Notes: generated from the sequence alone by a model not told the origin. Shown: positions 1-11,262, counted from the first letter of the stretch. The stretch is DNA of 64,000 bases from Ostrea edulis (GCF_947568905.1 NC_079167.1:83390001-83454000); one strand, 5' to 3'. Translations and numbers: made by a program.

Positions 1-1394
1 GACTACTGTGTATGATGTAATTTCAGCACGTTTAATTGAAATGAAGTGACAAGTACACTCAAAGTCACACTCACAGTGCACAAATTGTTATGAAATCGGG
101 CACCTGCAGCCCTGACCTGGGTGTGAATACAATTCTACAATGTAACATTCCTGACAATATATATGGGGAAAACTGGATAAGAGATGTGGTTGGATAGCGC
201 ACCCAAGCTATTTCGGAATTTCTGTTCAGTGATACCGACCTGTTACAAGAAAGCCTATGGGATTCCACTCACAAGTGAGCAGCACCAAAAGTTGGTTAAT
301 TCTTGTACCCGTTCACATTGAGGTTAGAATTTCCCTCATGTGACTGAACATTTTGCCCACTTTCATAAATTACTAAACCATTTTATGTCAATGACGTCAC
401 AAATCTGCAAAAGCGCATTTGTTTGCTTAATTAAATGCTCATTGATTTTTAATGCATGAATAGCAAACGTTGATTCTTGCCAGTTTGCTAAAGTTTGAGG
501 ATATCTGAGTTTTCAGGGCTGATATGAATGCAGAACACGTCCTTATTAGTTTTTTTTTATTGTTATGAAACAAGGAGTTATCCCCAAGTTTTTTTTACAA
601 CAATGATATAGTTCTATCCAAAAATATTATTTAGGGCAGAAAATATTCACTACCGCACATAGTCCTTTACATGTATAATAAATCTTTTCAAGATGATGAA
701 ACTTAAATAGATTTCAATCCATTTCGTGATGAGTGAATCAGACAGAAAACTCACAATCTCTATCCAAAATTGCTGTTCGAATCTCGCCTCGTTGTTCATT
801 GTTGGGTCAACTCTAAGTACAATCTCTACCCAGAGTTGTCTTCCCATGTTCCCACTGATAATCAGACAGGGTGATTGTGTCACTGTGTTAATGAAGATTT
901 AAAGTAAAATTTCTGTCAATAGTACAAAATATGCACTGCCCAACGGGTCATTGAAAATAACAACATTTGAAGACTTAAAAATAGTTTTTAAATTTTAAAT
1001 TTAGAATCAGTCAAAAAGGTAGGCAGTTGATATCGCTGCCTTGTTCTTATTCACTCTCTTTGCCGGTTGGAGCTATCGTTTAGAAACTCCGGAATCGATA
1101 GGTGACCGACGTTCTTAAATACCGTTCTCAGTTAGGTGGAAGAGATGGAGGAAGAGAAAGAAGAAACGAAACCAAAACCATCAGAAGTATGCATACTTGT
1201 ATTGTTTAGAGTAATCCGTCCCTTGGGTGACATTAATGAAAATGTATATTTTCGCTTTATCTTGTGAGGATCAGAGTACCGTAATCAATGTGTTAGTGTA
1301 CATAATATTTTTTTCATGTATCTACATATTTTTTCGTTAAAAACCACTTTATTTGAACCATTTTATGTTTGAAAAATTAAATAGATCTTGTATT

Positions 1395-1725
1395 CCAGTG
1401 AGCTCGAAATAAAAGACAACACTGAGTCTTCCACATCTGTTTAATATTTGGATATTTCATTGCACATAGATTTTAAGAGCAAACAACTCAGTTCTATGAA
1501 AAACGGGATGACTTCAGCTTCCCCGTCGTCAACTTCCCATATTTATGTAACAATATACCATCATTACCTGCATTCATATCTCCCAAATGAGTCGATACGC
1601 GAAAACATGTTTTGCGTATGATCAGTTTTTAAATCGAGGCAGGCTATTGACAAATATATTGTTCTTACAGGGGTTTCAACAGCCTCGATTAAAGTTTCGC
1701 AAATTCTATGGTGATTATAATGTTC
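1395..1725 (+). mobile_element. Penelope-like element RT fragment (degenerate)
   Basis: GAGCTCGAAATAAAAGACAACACTGAGTC..AAACGGGATGACTTCAGCTTCCCCGTCGTCAACTTCCCATAT..TTTCGCAAATTCTATGG is the same family as 3426-5979. Confidence 0.8.
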
Positions 1726-2710
1726 TAATAATTTAGTTCCCGTTGGTTTTCAAGGTCAATCGTAAAAGTTCTTAATCACAGGAGGGAAGTTCTAAACTCA
1801 ATATGTAGGGGTACAAGAATTAACCGACTTAACGAGACATCTAAATCATTTTTAATATTTCATAGGGGGATAGTAATGTACCGAATAAGGTCCTTTGATA
1901 TAGATATTAGCCCCTGTTATGAACTAACCATACTTTGCTTTTCGTAAATAATGACAGAATATGCAAATTGACGTATAATCATCGCAGGTTACTGAATCCG
2001 TTAAAATATTTATCTGTTTATCAAGTGCCATCCACGTCTTCGTGCAGATTCAGCAGTGCGATACTGATTAATGCGCTTTTCTGTAAGCTATTTACCAAGC
2101 GTAAACGTTTTCGTGAAATCAATGAAATAATGAAACATTTTTTATATAAATATCACCTATCATCACTTATGTCGCTTGCGTCATCTTCCAGCTGCCCTCG
2201 ATCGCCTTTTGGGATGGATTTACATATGATATTGATTGAATTATTGTATAATTATCGCATGTTCATTACTTAGTCAACAACTTTAAATAAGGCCATTCAT
2301 TTTCTTGTCTGGGTAGTGTGCGAAATATAGCGATTGACTCTTGCCTCATGACAGAACCTTTTTTAACTCATGCATGTGGATGAGATGTAGAGAAATCTTG
2401 TTTTGAAATATAAAAGCCGAGGCGTGATAGACCAGGTATTTCAAACAACATTTCGAGGCCGAGACAGTTATATTCTGCACAAGAACTTACTTCTATTCTA
2501 CGTGACGTCAGGCCTATGTGTTTTTTGTTTTGTTTTTGCTGACGAAAACGGTGAGATGGTAGGGAATACTAAAATAAAATCTATTTTGAAAAAATTCAAA
2601 TATTTAGTTTGATGTTGACGGATTGTATCAACTGCTTTGGATACAAAATTTAAAAAAAAAACCCACACACAAAAAACCAAAATATACCTACGTGAAAACT
2701 GTGAATCGCC

Positions 2711-2794
2711 CATCGTCGGAAACCCACGGTTGATTACGCATCGTTACTCTCCCCATCATGATGAAGCGTAATCAACCGTGGGTTTCCGACGATG
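2711..2794. mobile_element. 84-bp MITE with a 9-bp TSD (Mutator-like)
   Basis: Perfect 29-bp arms CATCGTCGGAAACCCACGGTTGATTACGC; flanks TGAATCGCC / TGTATCGCC. Confidence 0.75.
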
Positions 2795-2831
2795 TGTATC
2801 GCCATGTTTGTTTACATCACAAAGTCGCCCA

Positions 2832-3146
2832 CTTTGTGACAAACGGGATGATTTCAGCTTCTCCATCGTTAACTTCCCATATACATGTATATTTAGCAAT
2901 ATTCCATTATCACCTGTATATAGTGTTTATATCTCTCAACTGATTCGATACGCAAGAGCTTGTTCTGCGTATGTGTGTGTGACCGGTCGACTGTTAGGCC
3001 GTTCTTGGCACACCGATTTTGACTACGGATAACTCCGTATACCTGATTAAAATCTTGGGCTCACGGCGTGTTTGCCCAACTTTCTATTTTGTATTGCTTA
3101 TAGGAGTTGTAAGATTGATCACTGTTCGTTATCTTTGTCTTTCATG
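2832..3146 (+). mobile_element. Penelope-like element 3' fragment with internal deletions
   Basis: CDKRDDFSFSIVNFPYTCIFSNIPLSPVYSVYISQLIRYARACS, followed by the family 3' UTR ending GATCACTGTTCGTTATCTTTGTCTTTCAT. Confidence 0.82.
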
Positions 3147-3785
3147 TGTGTCGATCTAGAAATGCAGACGATTGATTTATATTTAATGACAAATATTCTT
3201 CAGTATATTATAAATTTGTATTCCAATATGTATTGATAAATTTTTATGTTATAAAATTATAAAATTAATAGTTATCGACTTTATTGTTGTATTAGCAAAA
3301 CACGATCGAGGTGCAAGTGATGTGTAATAAATGATTTTCTCATAATCAGTTATTACGTATGAAGGTATATCGCAAAATAATGACTGTGACATTCCTTTTA
3401 TCTTTGCAATAATCGTGATATATGAAATATTGGAATTCCCATGGGCACGAATTGTGCTCCTTTGTTAGCTGACCTGTTTCTATATTAATATGAAGCAGAA
3501 TTTATTCAAAAACTTCTACGTGAGAAGAAAAAATCTCTTGCTGTGGCCTTCAATTCCACATTTAGATATATCGACGACGTTTTGTCTATTAAATATAATA
3601 ACTTTCATTCTTATGTCGATTCGATATATCCCTATGAGCTCGAAATAAAAGACACCACAGAGTCGTCAACTTCTGCTTCATACTTAGATATTCTATTGAA
3701 AGCAGACATTAACGGCAAACTGACAACTCAACTGTATGACAAACGGGATTATTTCAGTTTCTCCATCGTCAACTTCCCATATTCA

Positions 3786-3922
3786 CACAGGGGCTAAAGC
3801 CCGTTTTGGGCCCGAACTCTGTGATACCATAAATATAGATTTTTTATATGTGTTAGAGTTAGACCCCTTTCTATATTTATGGTATCACAGAGTTCGGGCC
3901 CAAAATGGGCTTAGCCCCTGTG
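3786..3922. mobile_element. 137-bp hairpin MITE with CACAG termini and an 8-bp TSD (P-superfamily-like)
   Basis: CACAGGGGCTAAAGCCCG..GGGCTTAGCCCCTGTG, flanked by CATATTCA on both sides. Confidence 0.85.
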
Positions 3923-3972
3923 CATATTCATGTAGCAATATTCCATTATTACCTGCATATGTTGTTTATATA

Positions 3973-5537
3973 TACTACTCAAAATTTGATAAGGATCACT
4001 AGGTTATATGTGTGTAATTTACCACTAACATAACAAAAGACATAAATTTGACCCAGAAACGTGTTTACTCAGGTTATGAATGAAAATTCATGAACGGCAT
4101 GAACTTTCATCAATACGGAATGCTTGAAATCTGATAACAACACCAAATGGCATTTTATTACAAAAAGTTAACAGCAAACCAGAGAAAGAATTACACAGTT
4201 TTTGGGGATAGTCCATCATTACACTTAGTCGATGAAGAGTCAATATCGGCTTTGGCCTCCCCTTGAATCAATGACGGCTTGACAACATCGAGTCATGCTG
4301 TCAATAAGCACCCGGATGTTTCCAATGGGAAGGTTGTTCCACTCTTCCACGAGGACTTTTCCGAACTCTGCCAAAGCCGTGGGTTGTGCTCTACGGCGTG
4401 AAAGGGCAACCTGCAGCATGTTCCATACATGATGATCAATCGGGTTCAAGTCTGGCGAGCGCGCTGGCCAGTCCATACGGACAATTGTCTCCTGCTGAAG
4501 GTACTGCTCCACCACCCTGGCGCGATGAGGACGGGCGTTATCATCCATCAGGATGAACTCAGGGCCAACAGCACCAGTGTAGGGTCTGACGTAAACATTG
4601 ATGATTTCATCCCGGTACTGCACCCCCGTCATTTTTCCTCTCTCCAAGACATGAAGATATGTTCTTCCATCCCTGCTGATTCCACCCCAGACCATGATGG
4701 AACCACCACCATAACGGTCATGTTCACTGATGTTGGCATCATGGAAACGTTCACGTTGTCGTCGCCACACTTGGTGCCTCCTGTCTGTAAAGTCCAAACA
4801 ATACCTGAACTCATCGGTGAACAGAACTTGAACCCGATCGTTCTGTGTCCAAGTGACGTGATCTTCAGCCCAGTCCAATCGCTCCCGCCGGTGTCGAACA
4901 GTCAGAGGGACTCGAACACATGCCCTTCTCGAGTTGAGACTGCATTGTGAAGCCGATTCCGTATCGTCTGAGTGGACACATTCACCCCCGAGGCGTTCAG
5001 GAGGTCGTTACGTAGGCTGGTTGCTGTCCAGAAGGGATGGCGTCGTGCCTGAAGAGCCACAAAATGGTCTTGGCGTTGGGTTGTCGACCTCTGACGATCA
5101 CCCCCATGTCGGTGTGCTGCTATACCAAACGTTTGCTGTCGGTTCCAGGCCCTGTTTACAACACTCTGGCTGACGTTTAGTGCATTTGCAACGTTGTGAA
5201 TAGCCAGCGTCAAGCATTCCTATACATCTGCCCAGTTGTTCTGTCGTCAGGCGACGCCTTACACGTTGAGGGGGCATTGTGTTGATAAACGTAGTGTAAA
5301 CACTCAAGTGAGTTTGAAATTTTAGAAAAAATCAGACACCGATGCCTGAGTGAAAATCGTGCAATGGTAGCAAAAGCAAAAACTGTGATGAGAAACGCAT
5401 TTCCCATGGCATGAAATGCACGTGCAAGTTTGTTGAAGACGTTTTTGATTTCACTTGGACACAATATTGCCAGTTATGCAGTAATTAATATTTTAAACAT
5501 AAAAATATCTATGATGCTTATCAAATTTTGAGTAGTA
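3973..5537 (-). mobile_element. Full-length but decayed Tc1/mariner (Tc1-family) DNA transposon
   Basis: Inverted termini TACTACTCAAAATTTGATAAG..CTTATCAAATTTTGAGTAGTA are flanked by TA. The transposase lies on the - strand at about 5277-4240, in three frameshifted pieces: HTH (MPPQRVRRRL..VANALNVSQSVV), VSTQTIRNRLH, and a DDE domain (VLFTDE, GGSIMVWGGI, MDDNARPH, WPARSPDLNPI). Confidence 0.93.
4240..5277 (-). pseudogene. Frameshifted Tc1 transposase
   Basis: ORFs 5098-5307, 4902-5213 and 4240-4878 are consecutive parts of one Tc1 transposase, separated by two frameshifts. Confidence 0.9.
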
Positions 5538-6186
5538 TATCTCTCAACTGATTCGATACGCAAGAGTTTGTTCTGCGTATGATCAGTTTTTAAATCGAGG
5601 CACTCTACTGACAAATAAGTTGATGGTACAGGGGTTTCAACAGCCTCAATTGAAGTAAGCATTTCGCAAATTCTATGGTCGTTATAACGATCTAGTTCGT
5701 CAATACAACCTATCATTGGGTCAAATGTTGTCTGACGTGTTTCATACCGATTGTTAGGTCGTTCTTGGTACATTAGTTTTTACTACAGTTAACTCCGTTT
5801 ACCTGATCAGGATATAGGGCTCACTGCGGGTGTGACCGGTCGACAGGGGATGCTTACTCCTCCTAGGCACCTGATCCCACCTCTGGTGTGTCCAGGGGTC
5901 CGTGTTTGCACAACTATCTAATTTGTATTGCTTATAGGAGTTATGAGATTGATCACTGTTTGTTATCTTCACCTTTCATGCAGGTCAAATGGGACAAAAA
6001 TTATCGTCCCAGTTGGAGAAAAGAAATATTTGAAAGCGACATATTCTTCTTATGTATTTGCTGTTGTGTTGATGGTGTGTATGTATGTGTGTAAATTAGG
6101 ATTTGAGAATTTGATTCACATGCACGCACGCACAGTCGGGACGCCCACTCTCTCTCTCTGAAAAGGAGGCAGTGCGGTATTGTTAG

Positions 6187-6188
<2 letters not shown>

Positions 6189-6227
<39 letters not shown>
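6189..6227. repeat. (CT)n microsatellite inside a short local duplication
   Basis: About 19 CT units; CTCTCT..AAAGG.GGCAGTG.GGT.TT.TTAGATA occurs twice at 6148-6258. Confidence 0.9.
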
Positions 6228-6229
<2 letters not shown>

Positions 6230-6395
6230 AAAGGGGGCAGTGTGGTGTTATTAGATATATGATCTGAACACTCTTTAGTTCGATCGGTAGAGCAGTGGAA
6301 AGTTATGCCAGAGTTTGATCCGCAGCAGAGTCTGAACATTACAATATGAAATAACATTCATGTCGATCATAAATCTCGCCTGTTTCATTCTGTAG

Positions 6396-9300
6396 ATCCT
6401 GCAAAACAGATGAGCCAGGAAAGAAGCTATATTACACTCTCACCTTAATCATCATGTACGTCATACCCATTTTGGTAATGGGAATCACCTACACTATCAT
6501 TACCGTGACCCTCATCAACCGGAAGGGACCCGGGGGTAAATCCACCTCCTCCGTAGACAGAGCCAGGAAAAAGGTACATATTTGCATAATTCACCAAATG
6601 ACAAATTGACTCTGGTGAGGAATTAGAAAGATTACTGGGTATACATGCAATTTCCGTAATAATGATATGTGAAGTGTGAATGGACCACCTCCGCTCATCA
6701 AGGGTGAACAGAGGGTAAATGAACCGCGAGTCTTGACTAGCGAAGGTGGGAGTGGGCAGGTGTGCTTACTCCTCCCATCCCCGTGCTTACTGGATATTAG
6801 AACTTTCCTTTCCTAACACCTCCCCTCTCTTCGACCCTTCCATTTAACCCCTTCCTAAAGGTGATATTGACCGGTTAACGTGACAAGTGTTGATACCATT
6901 GTTGTGATTGTTTCAGGTTATTCGCATGTTGATTGTGGTCCTGGTATCCTTCGTCATCTGCTGGACTCCACAGTGGGTGTTCCTGATGTACGACGCCCAC
7001 TACCCACCTACAGGAGACACACAGGTGAGAAATGTTGGGACAGCTCTCAAGATTGTCAACTCTCTGTTTCCATAAAATCTACTAAACTTCCAAAACTAGT
7101 CAAGGAGAACATTTCCCTAAGTACTCTATATATCCGTGATGAGTCCGTACTTTGTATATCCGTGATGAGTCAGCACTTTCTATATCCGTGATGAGTCAGC
7201 ACTTTATATATCCGTGATGAGTCAGTACTTTATATATCCGTGATGAGTCAGCACTTTCTATATCCGTGATGAGTCAGCACTTTATATATCCGTGATGAGT
7301 CAGTACTTTATATATCCGTGATGAGTCAGCACTTTCTATATCCGTGATGAGTCAGCACTTTCTATATCCGTGATGAGTCAGCACTTTCTATATCCGTGAT
7401 GAGTCAGCACTTTATATATCCGTGATGAGTCCGTACTTTATATATCCGTGATGAGTCAGTACTTTCTATATCCGTGATGAGTCAGTACTTTATATATCCG
7501 TGATGAGTCAGCACTTTATATATCCGTGATGAGTCAGTACTTTATATATCCGTGATGAGTCAGCACTTTATATATCCGTAATGAGTCAGTACTTTATACA
7601 TCCGTGATGAGTCAGCACTTTATATATCCGTGATGAGTCAGTACTTTATATATCCGTGATGAGTCAGTACTTTATATATCCGTGATGAGTCAGTACTTTA
7701 TATATCCGTGATGAGTCAGTACTTTATATATCCGTGATGAGTCCGTACTTTATATATCCGTGATGAGTCAGTACTTTCTATATCCGTGATGAGTCAGTAC
7801 TTTATATATCCGTGATGAGTCAGTACTTTATATATCCGTGGTGAGTCAGCACTTTATATATCCGTGATGAGTCAGCACTTTATATATCCGTGATGAGTCA
7901 GCACTTTATATATCCGTGATGAGTATAATGGTGACATGACAGGATTTGTTGGTTTACAGACGTTCAATACATGTATTTGTTTCAAGTATATTGATTTAAT
8001 GGAAATGTCAAATAAAGCTTTGATGTCTTCCATTCAATGAAAAAGATTTCAGATTGAATTACAGATGCATATGTACACATATATCTGTGAATCAATATGG
8101 GTATAAAACAGAACCAATGTTATTATTTACACAAGTCAACAAGACAAAGAAGCACAAAAATGCATAAGTAGGTGTAACAGCCATATGAATAATGATGAAA
8201 ATTTATCTCATATAAAACTAGTCCAGGCATTGACTAAATCATGGAGTATTATTGCAAAGATGATTGGACTTTTCTCTTTAGAGATTTCCTATGAAACATT
8301 TGGCAATAATTTAAGAAACTATTATTAAAATAAAATATCTAATCAATTTGATAACATAAAGCAAACAAATTGTGGAAAACTTGTATTTTATGACCAAGTA
8401 TACATTACCAAAATCTTACAAATCTCTACTCACTAAACTAAGACTAAGTGCACATCCCCTCAATATTGAGGTTGGGAGATACTGTACACCTCCAATTCCA
8501 CGATTTGATAGATTTTGCAAATTTTACTTGAATGAAGTTGAGAATGAAAAACGCTTCCTATCATTTTGTACGAAATACGATGAATTAAGGAATAAGTATT
8601 CAGAACATTTGGGTGATTTGAATGCAAATTCCATAAAAAGTCTCACGAATCCTGAAAATTATACATTCACAAAGTATTTTTGTCAATATTTGAATGAATG
8701 TTTTAATCTGCGGAACACTGAATTAAGAAATCAGGACATTGCCATTGTGGTTAATCTGAGATTGTGTATCCTGTTATACCAGTACTAATATATGATGTTG
8801 ATTTATGATGTACACCCCATGTTTGGTAGTCGTCAATAAAGCATTTGAATAAACAGGTAAAATATTTTTCCTCTGATACTTATATTATCATCTAAACTGT
8901 AGGTACTGAATGGTGTACTTTCCTCTGATACTTATATCATCATCTATACTGTAGGTAATGAATGGTGTACTTTTCAGAGGCCTCCTTACTTCGTTGCGCT
9001 GAAGTACGTCGCTCTGTACATAGCCTACAGTAACAGCGCCATCAACCCAGTCATGTATGCCGGCTTCAATGAGAACTTCCGGCGGGGCTTCTTAGATGTC
9101 TTCAGATGTCGCATCTGGAACAAGAAAAACAGAATACATTCAGGTGATTCTAAAGAAGAAAAAACATGTACCTGTACAGTGTCTTTTAGAATTGTGGTTT
9201 GCGAGGAGGAAGTATCGATGAAAATTAGCTGTTTAAAAACTGGGCTTGTTTCTAATGTGGTATCAGCTCTGATAATTTTAGCTGTTAGGAAATTTTTAAA

Positions 9301-11262
9301 ATTTCAAGTAATTCAATGTCTGGAAAAGGTTAGTGCAGATTTCCCTATGGGGTATTGAATAATCCGGATTATGTACTTTGTCAAATGTTGCGACTCCGTG
9401 GTCAGATCGCTTCGGAAAAAACTGCCCAAATGTTCATGGGATTCAAATTTTCGTCATTTTGAGGAGCGACCACCTCTTCTTCATCTTCCGGGTTCTTTTT
9501 TCTCCTTATGATTTGACTTCACGAAAATTGGTGCATTGTAAATTTCCATCTCAAAATTTTTCCGAAGAAGATAGCGACATATCTAAATGGAATCTGCATA
9601 ATTGACTGCACGAAATAGTCTGTCCTTTTACAAACAGGTGACATTTCTCTGAGAATTACAATGAAAATTGATGGACGTTACCTCACCGCTATATCCGTCA
9701 TCTTAAAGTACAGAGTCTCTATCGTGCGAGTTATGCTAACAATGAATATTCTGTGTAAATGTTATCATAAAACATATTTCAAGCAATTTAAAGTGCATCA
9801 GCAATAACTTCTCTTAATTCAAGGAACGTGGAAATAGTAACGGGACATCTAATCACGTCCTCGATGTGTTAGCTTGGACATGAATCAATAAAATTATAAT
9901 CACCATGATTACGTATCAAAAATTGATTGAGGGTCTTTCAAAGATTTGTTTGAGTTGCAACTACGCAGAAATATAATCTGATTCGAGGGTGGTCCAAAAA
10001 GCTCATTTACAGGCCAGGGTTTTGGTATACATATTTACTATGATATTTTTAATCGGCATGAAAAATAGATATGCAAAATGTAAATATGTTTCGACAGACG
10101 GGATTATTTTCTAATCATTACATACAAAATAACATAGAGCACATGACGTCATATTTTGACGCCAAAATCATCTATCATTTATTCAGAATTAATAGAATTC
10201 CAATGGAAAATGAAGTGTCATTTGAATCTACCGAAAAAAATATCGATGGAAGTTTAAGATGGAGCATTTTAATGATTATGAGTATTGCCCTGCCTGTCTA
10301 TATCGGTATTTGTACGTCTCCATAGAGCAAACGACTATCACTTCGAATGCGTTTCCAATAGTCAATAGTCATTGATATGGAAGCTGATTTGTGCCATTTT
10401 ATCGTTTTGTTATTTCGAGGTGAAAAAACGTCAAAAAGAAAAGACGAAAAAATGTAAAATGGCACAAATCAACCACCATAGATTGATGCGATTATTTTTA
10501 GAAATTTAACAAGTTTCCTTTATAACGATTGGTTGTTGATTGGCAATCACATGGCCCCGGTCTTGAGTCCTCATTTCAGTTTACTCTGTATGAAAACTCT
10601 ACATATCGAAGGCAAACATTTAGACGCACATCAGTAATCGTTTATAAATAACCATACTCTTTTTGAAAATAACAGAGTATTGAAAATGTATGTAGGAAGA
10701 AGTCTACTGGAAACATAATGGTATTCAATGCAGAACATTCAAACGTTCCATTAACCATGAGTTATTCAATACCGGTATTTCATCTAACCTTGTGCTAAAC
10801 AATACCGGCTATATCAGCATGGTGTTTCATCTAACCTTGCGCTAAACAATATTCAACATGCCTTGGAATGTTCACAAGTTCGTGGAGAGCCCTCGTACTA
10901 CAGTGTAATGTACAGGGGGTTAGCCCGTTTTGACCCGAAACTCATTGTAACTATAGATCTATATTTATGGTTACAATGAGTGTCGGGTCAAAACGGGTTT
11001 AGCCCCTGTGGTGTATGGGCTGTATTCGACATTTTTTCAGAAAGAAAATAAAATCTATCAGAAATCTGCATTAAATCGGGAGGTGTGTCCTTCTTTACCC
11101 TCTCCTATACCCGGTATATGTTTTTCAGATATCGGAAATTCGACAGTTGCTCGAGGGTCCATGAGGCACAGAGGAGGAGTCATGAGCGGAAAAACAGCGG
11201 TGACGACAGTGCAGACAACAATGGAGGAAAACGCGCATGTTTACGGCTCTACCAACGACTGA
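6396..11262 (+). CDS. Class A (rhodopsin-like) peptide GPCR, NPFF/SIFamide/QRFP-receptor-like; 3' exons only (TM5 to C-terminus)
   Basis: Four phase-consistent AG/GT exons: 6396-6573 (SCKTDEPGKKLYYTLTLIIMYVIPILVMGITYTII..RARKK, TM5), 6917-7024 (VIRMLIVVLVSFVICWTPQ, TM6 CWxP), 8978-9143 (AYSNSAINPVMYAGFNENFRRGF, TM7 NPxxY plus helix 8), 11129-11262 (DIGNSTV..GSTND*). Exons for TM1-4 were not recognised in the window. Subfamily is inferred from the F-N-E-N-F-R-R-G-F helix-8 motif. Confidence 0.88.
7121..7924. repeat. 26-bp minisatellite, about 31 units, in a GPCR intron
   Basis: Unit TCCGTGATGAGTCAG(C/T)ACTTT(A/C)TATA. Confidence 0.97.
8090..8850 (+). mobile_element. Non-LTR retrotransposon (LINE) 3' remnant, in a GPCR intron
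   Basis: ORF 8372-8788 LLTKLRLSAHPLNIEVGRY..RFCKF..VENEKRFLSFCTKYDELR is the ORF2 C-terminal Cys/His region; AATAAA at 8835. Confidence 0.78.
10378..10478. mobile_element. Small TA-flanked hairpin MITE (TGG..CCA termini)
   Basis: TA|TGGAAGCTGATTTGTGCCATTTTA..TAAAATGGCACAAATCAACCACCA|TA. Confidence 0.65.
10911..11010. mobile_element. Second copy of the CACAG MITE (100 bp), in a GPCR intron
   Basis: TACAGGGGGTTAGCCCG..CGGGTTTAGCCCCTGTG; flanks GTGTAATG / GTGTATGG. Confidence 0.75.

Larger units (their letters stand above)
3426..5979 (+). mobile_element. Penelope-like retroelement 3' portion (RT C-terminus plus 3' UTR), interrupted by a MITE and the Tc1 element
   Basis: IPMGTNCAPLLADL (3434-), FRYIDDVLS and LYDKRDYFSFSIVNFPY. 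The element resumes at 3923-3972 and 5538-5979 (ISQLIRYAR..FRKFYGRYNDLVRQYNLSLGQMLSDVFHTDC*), followed by the family 3' end ..GATCACTGTTTGTTATCTTCACCTTTCAT. Confidence 0.88.

Noticed and set aside
71-883. Two protein-like minus-strand ORFs (71-268 and 650-883)
   Set aside because: No recognisable motif and no convincing pair of splice sites; not supportable without a homology search.
4429-5173. Plus-strand ORFs of 173 aa and 79 aa
   Set aside because: Antisense shadows of the Tc1 transposase.
5985-6161. Possible TM4 exon of the GPCR after GCAG at 5981-5984
   Set aside because: No frame gives the conserved TM4 Trp/Pro pattern or a suitable donor.
7121-7924. CRISPR-like appearance of the regular short repeats (also 11257-12980, 26228-26930, 38748-39405)
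   Set aside because: The units are head-to-tail with no unique spacers, there are no cas genes, and the context is spliceosomal and eukaryotic. These are minisatellites.
7121-7924. Box C (GTGATGA) in each 26-bp unit, suggesting a C/D snoRNA array
   Set aside because: There is no sense-strand box D (CTGA) at a suitable distance, no terminal stems and no variable guide regions.
9638-9810. Alternative terminal GPCR exon after ACAG at about 9637
   Set aside because: It is phase-compatible, but has a weak pyrimidine tract and a hydrophobic, non-tail-like translation. The exon at 11129-11262 has a better acceptor and composition. It cannot be excluded without RNA data.
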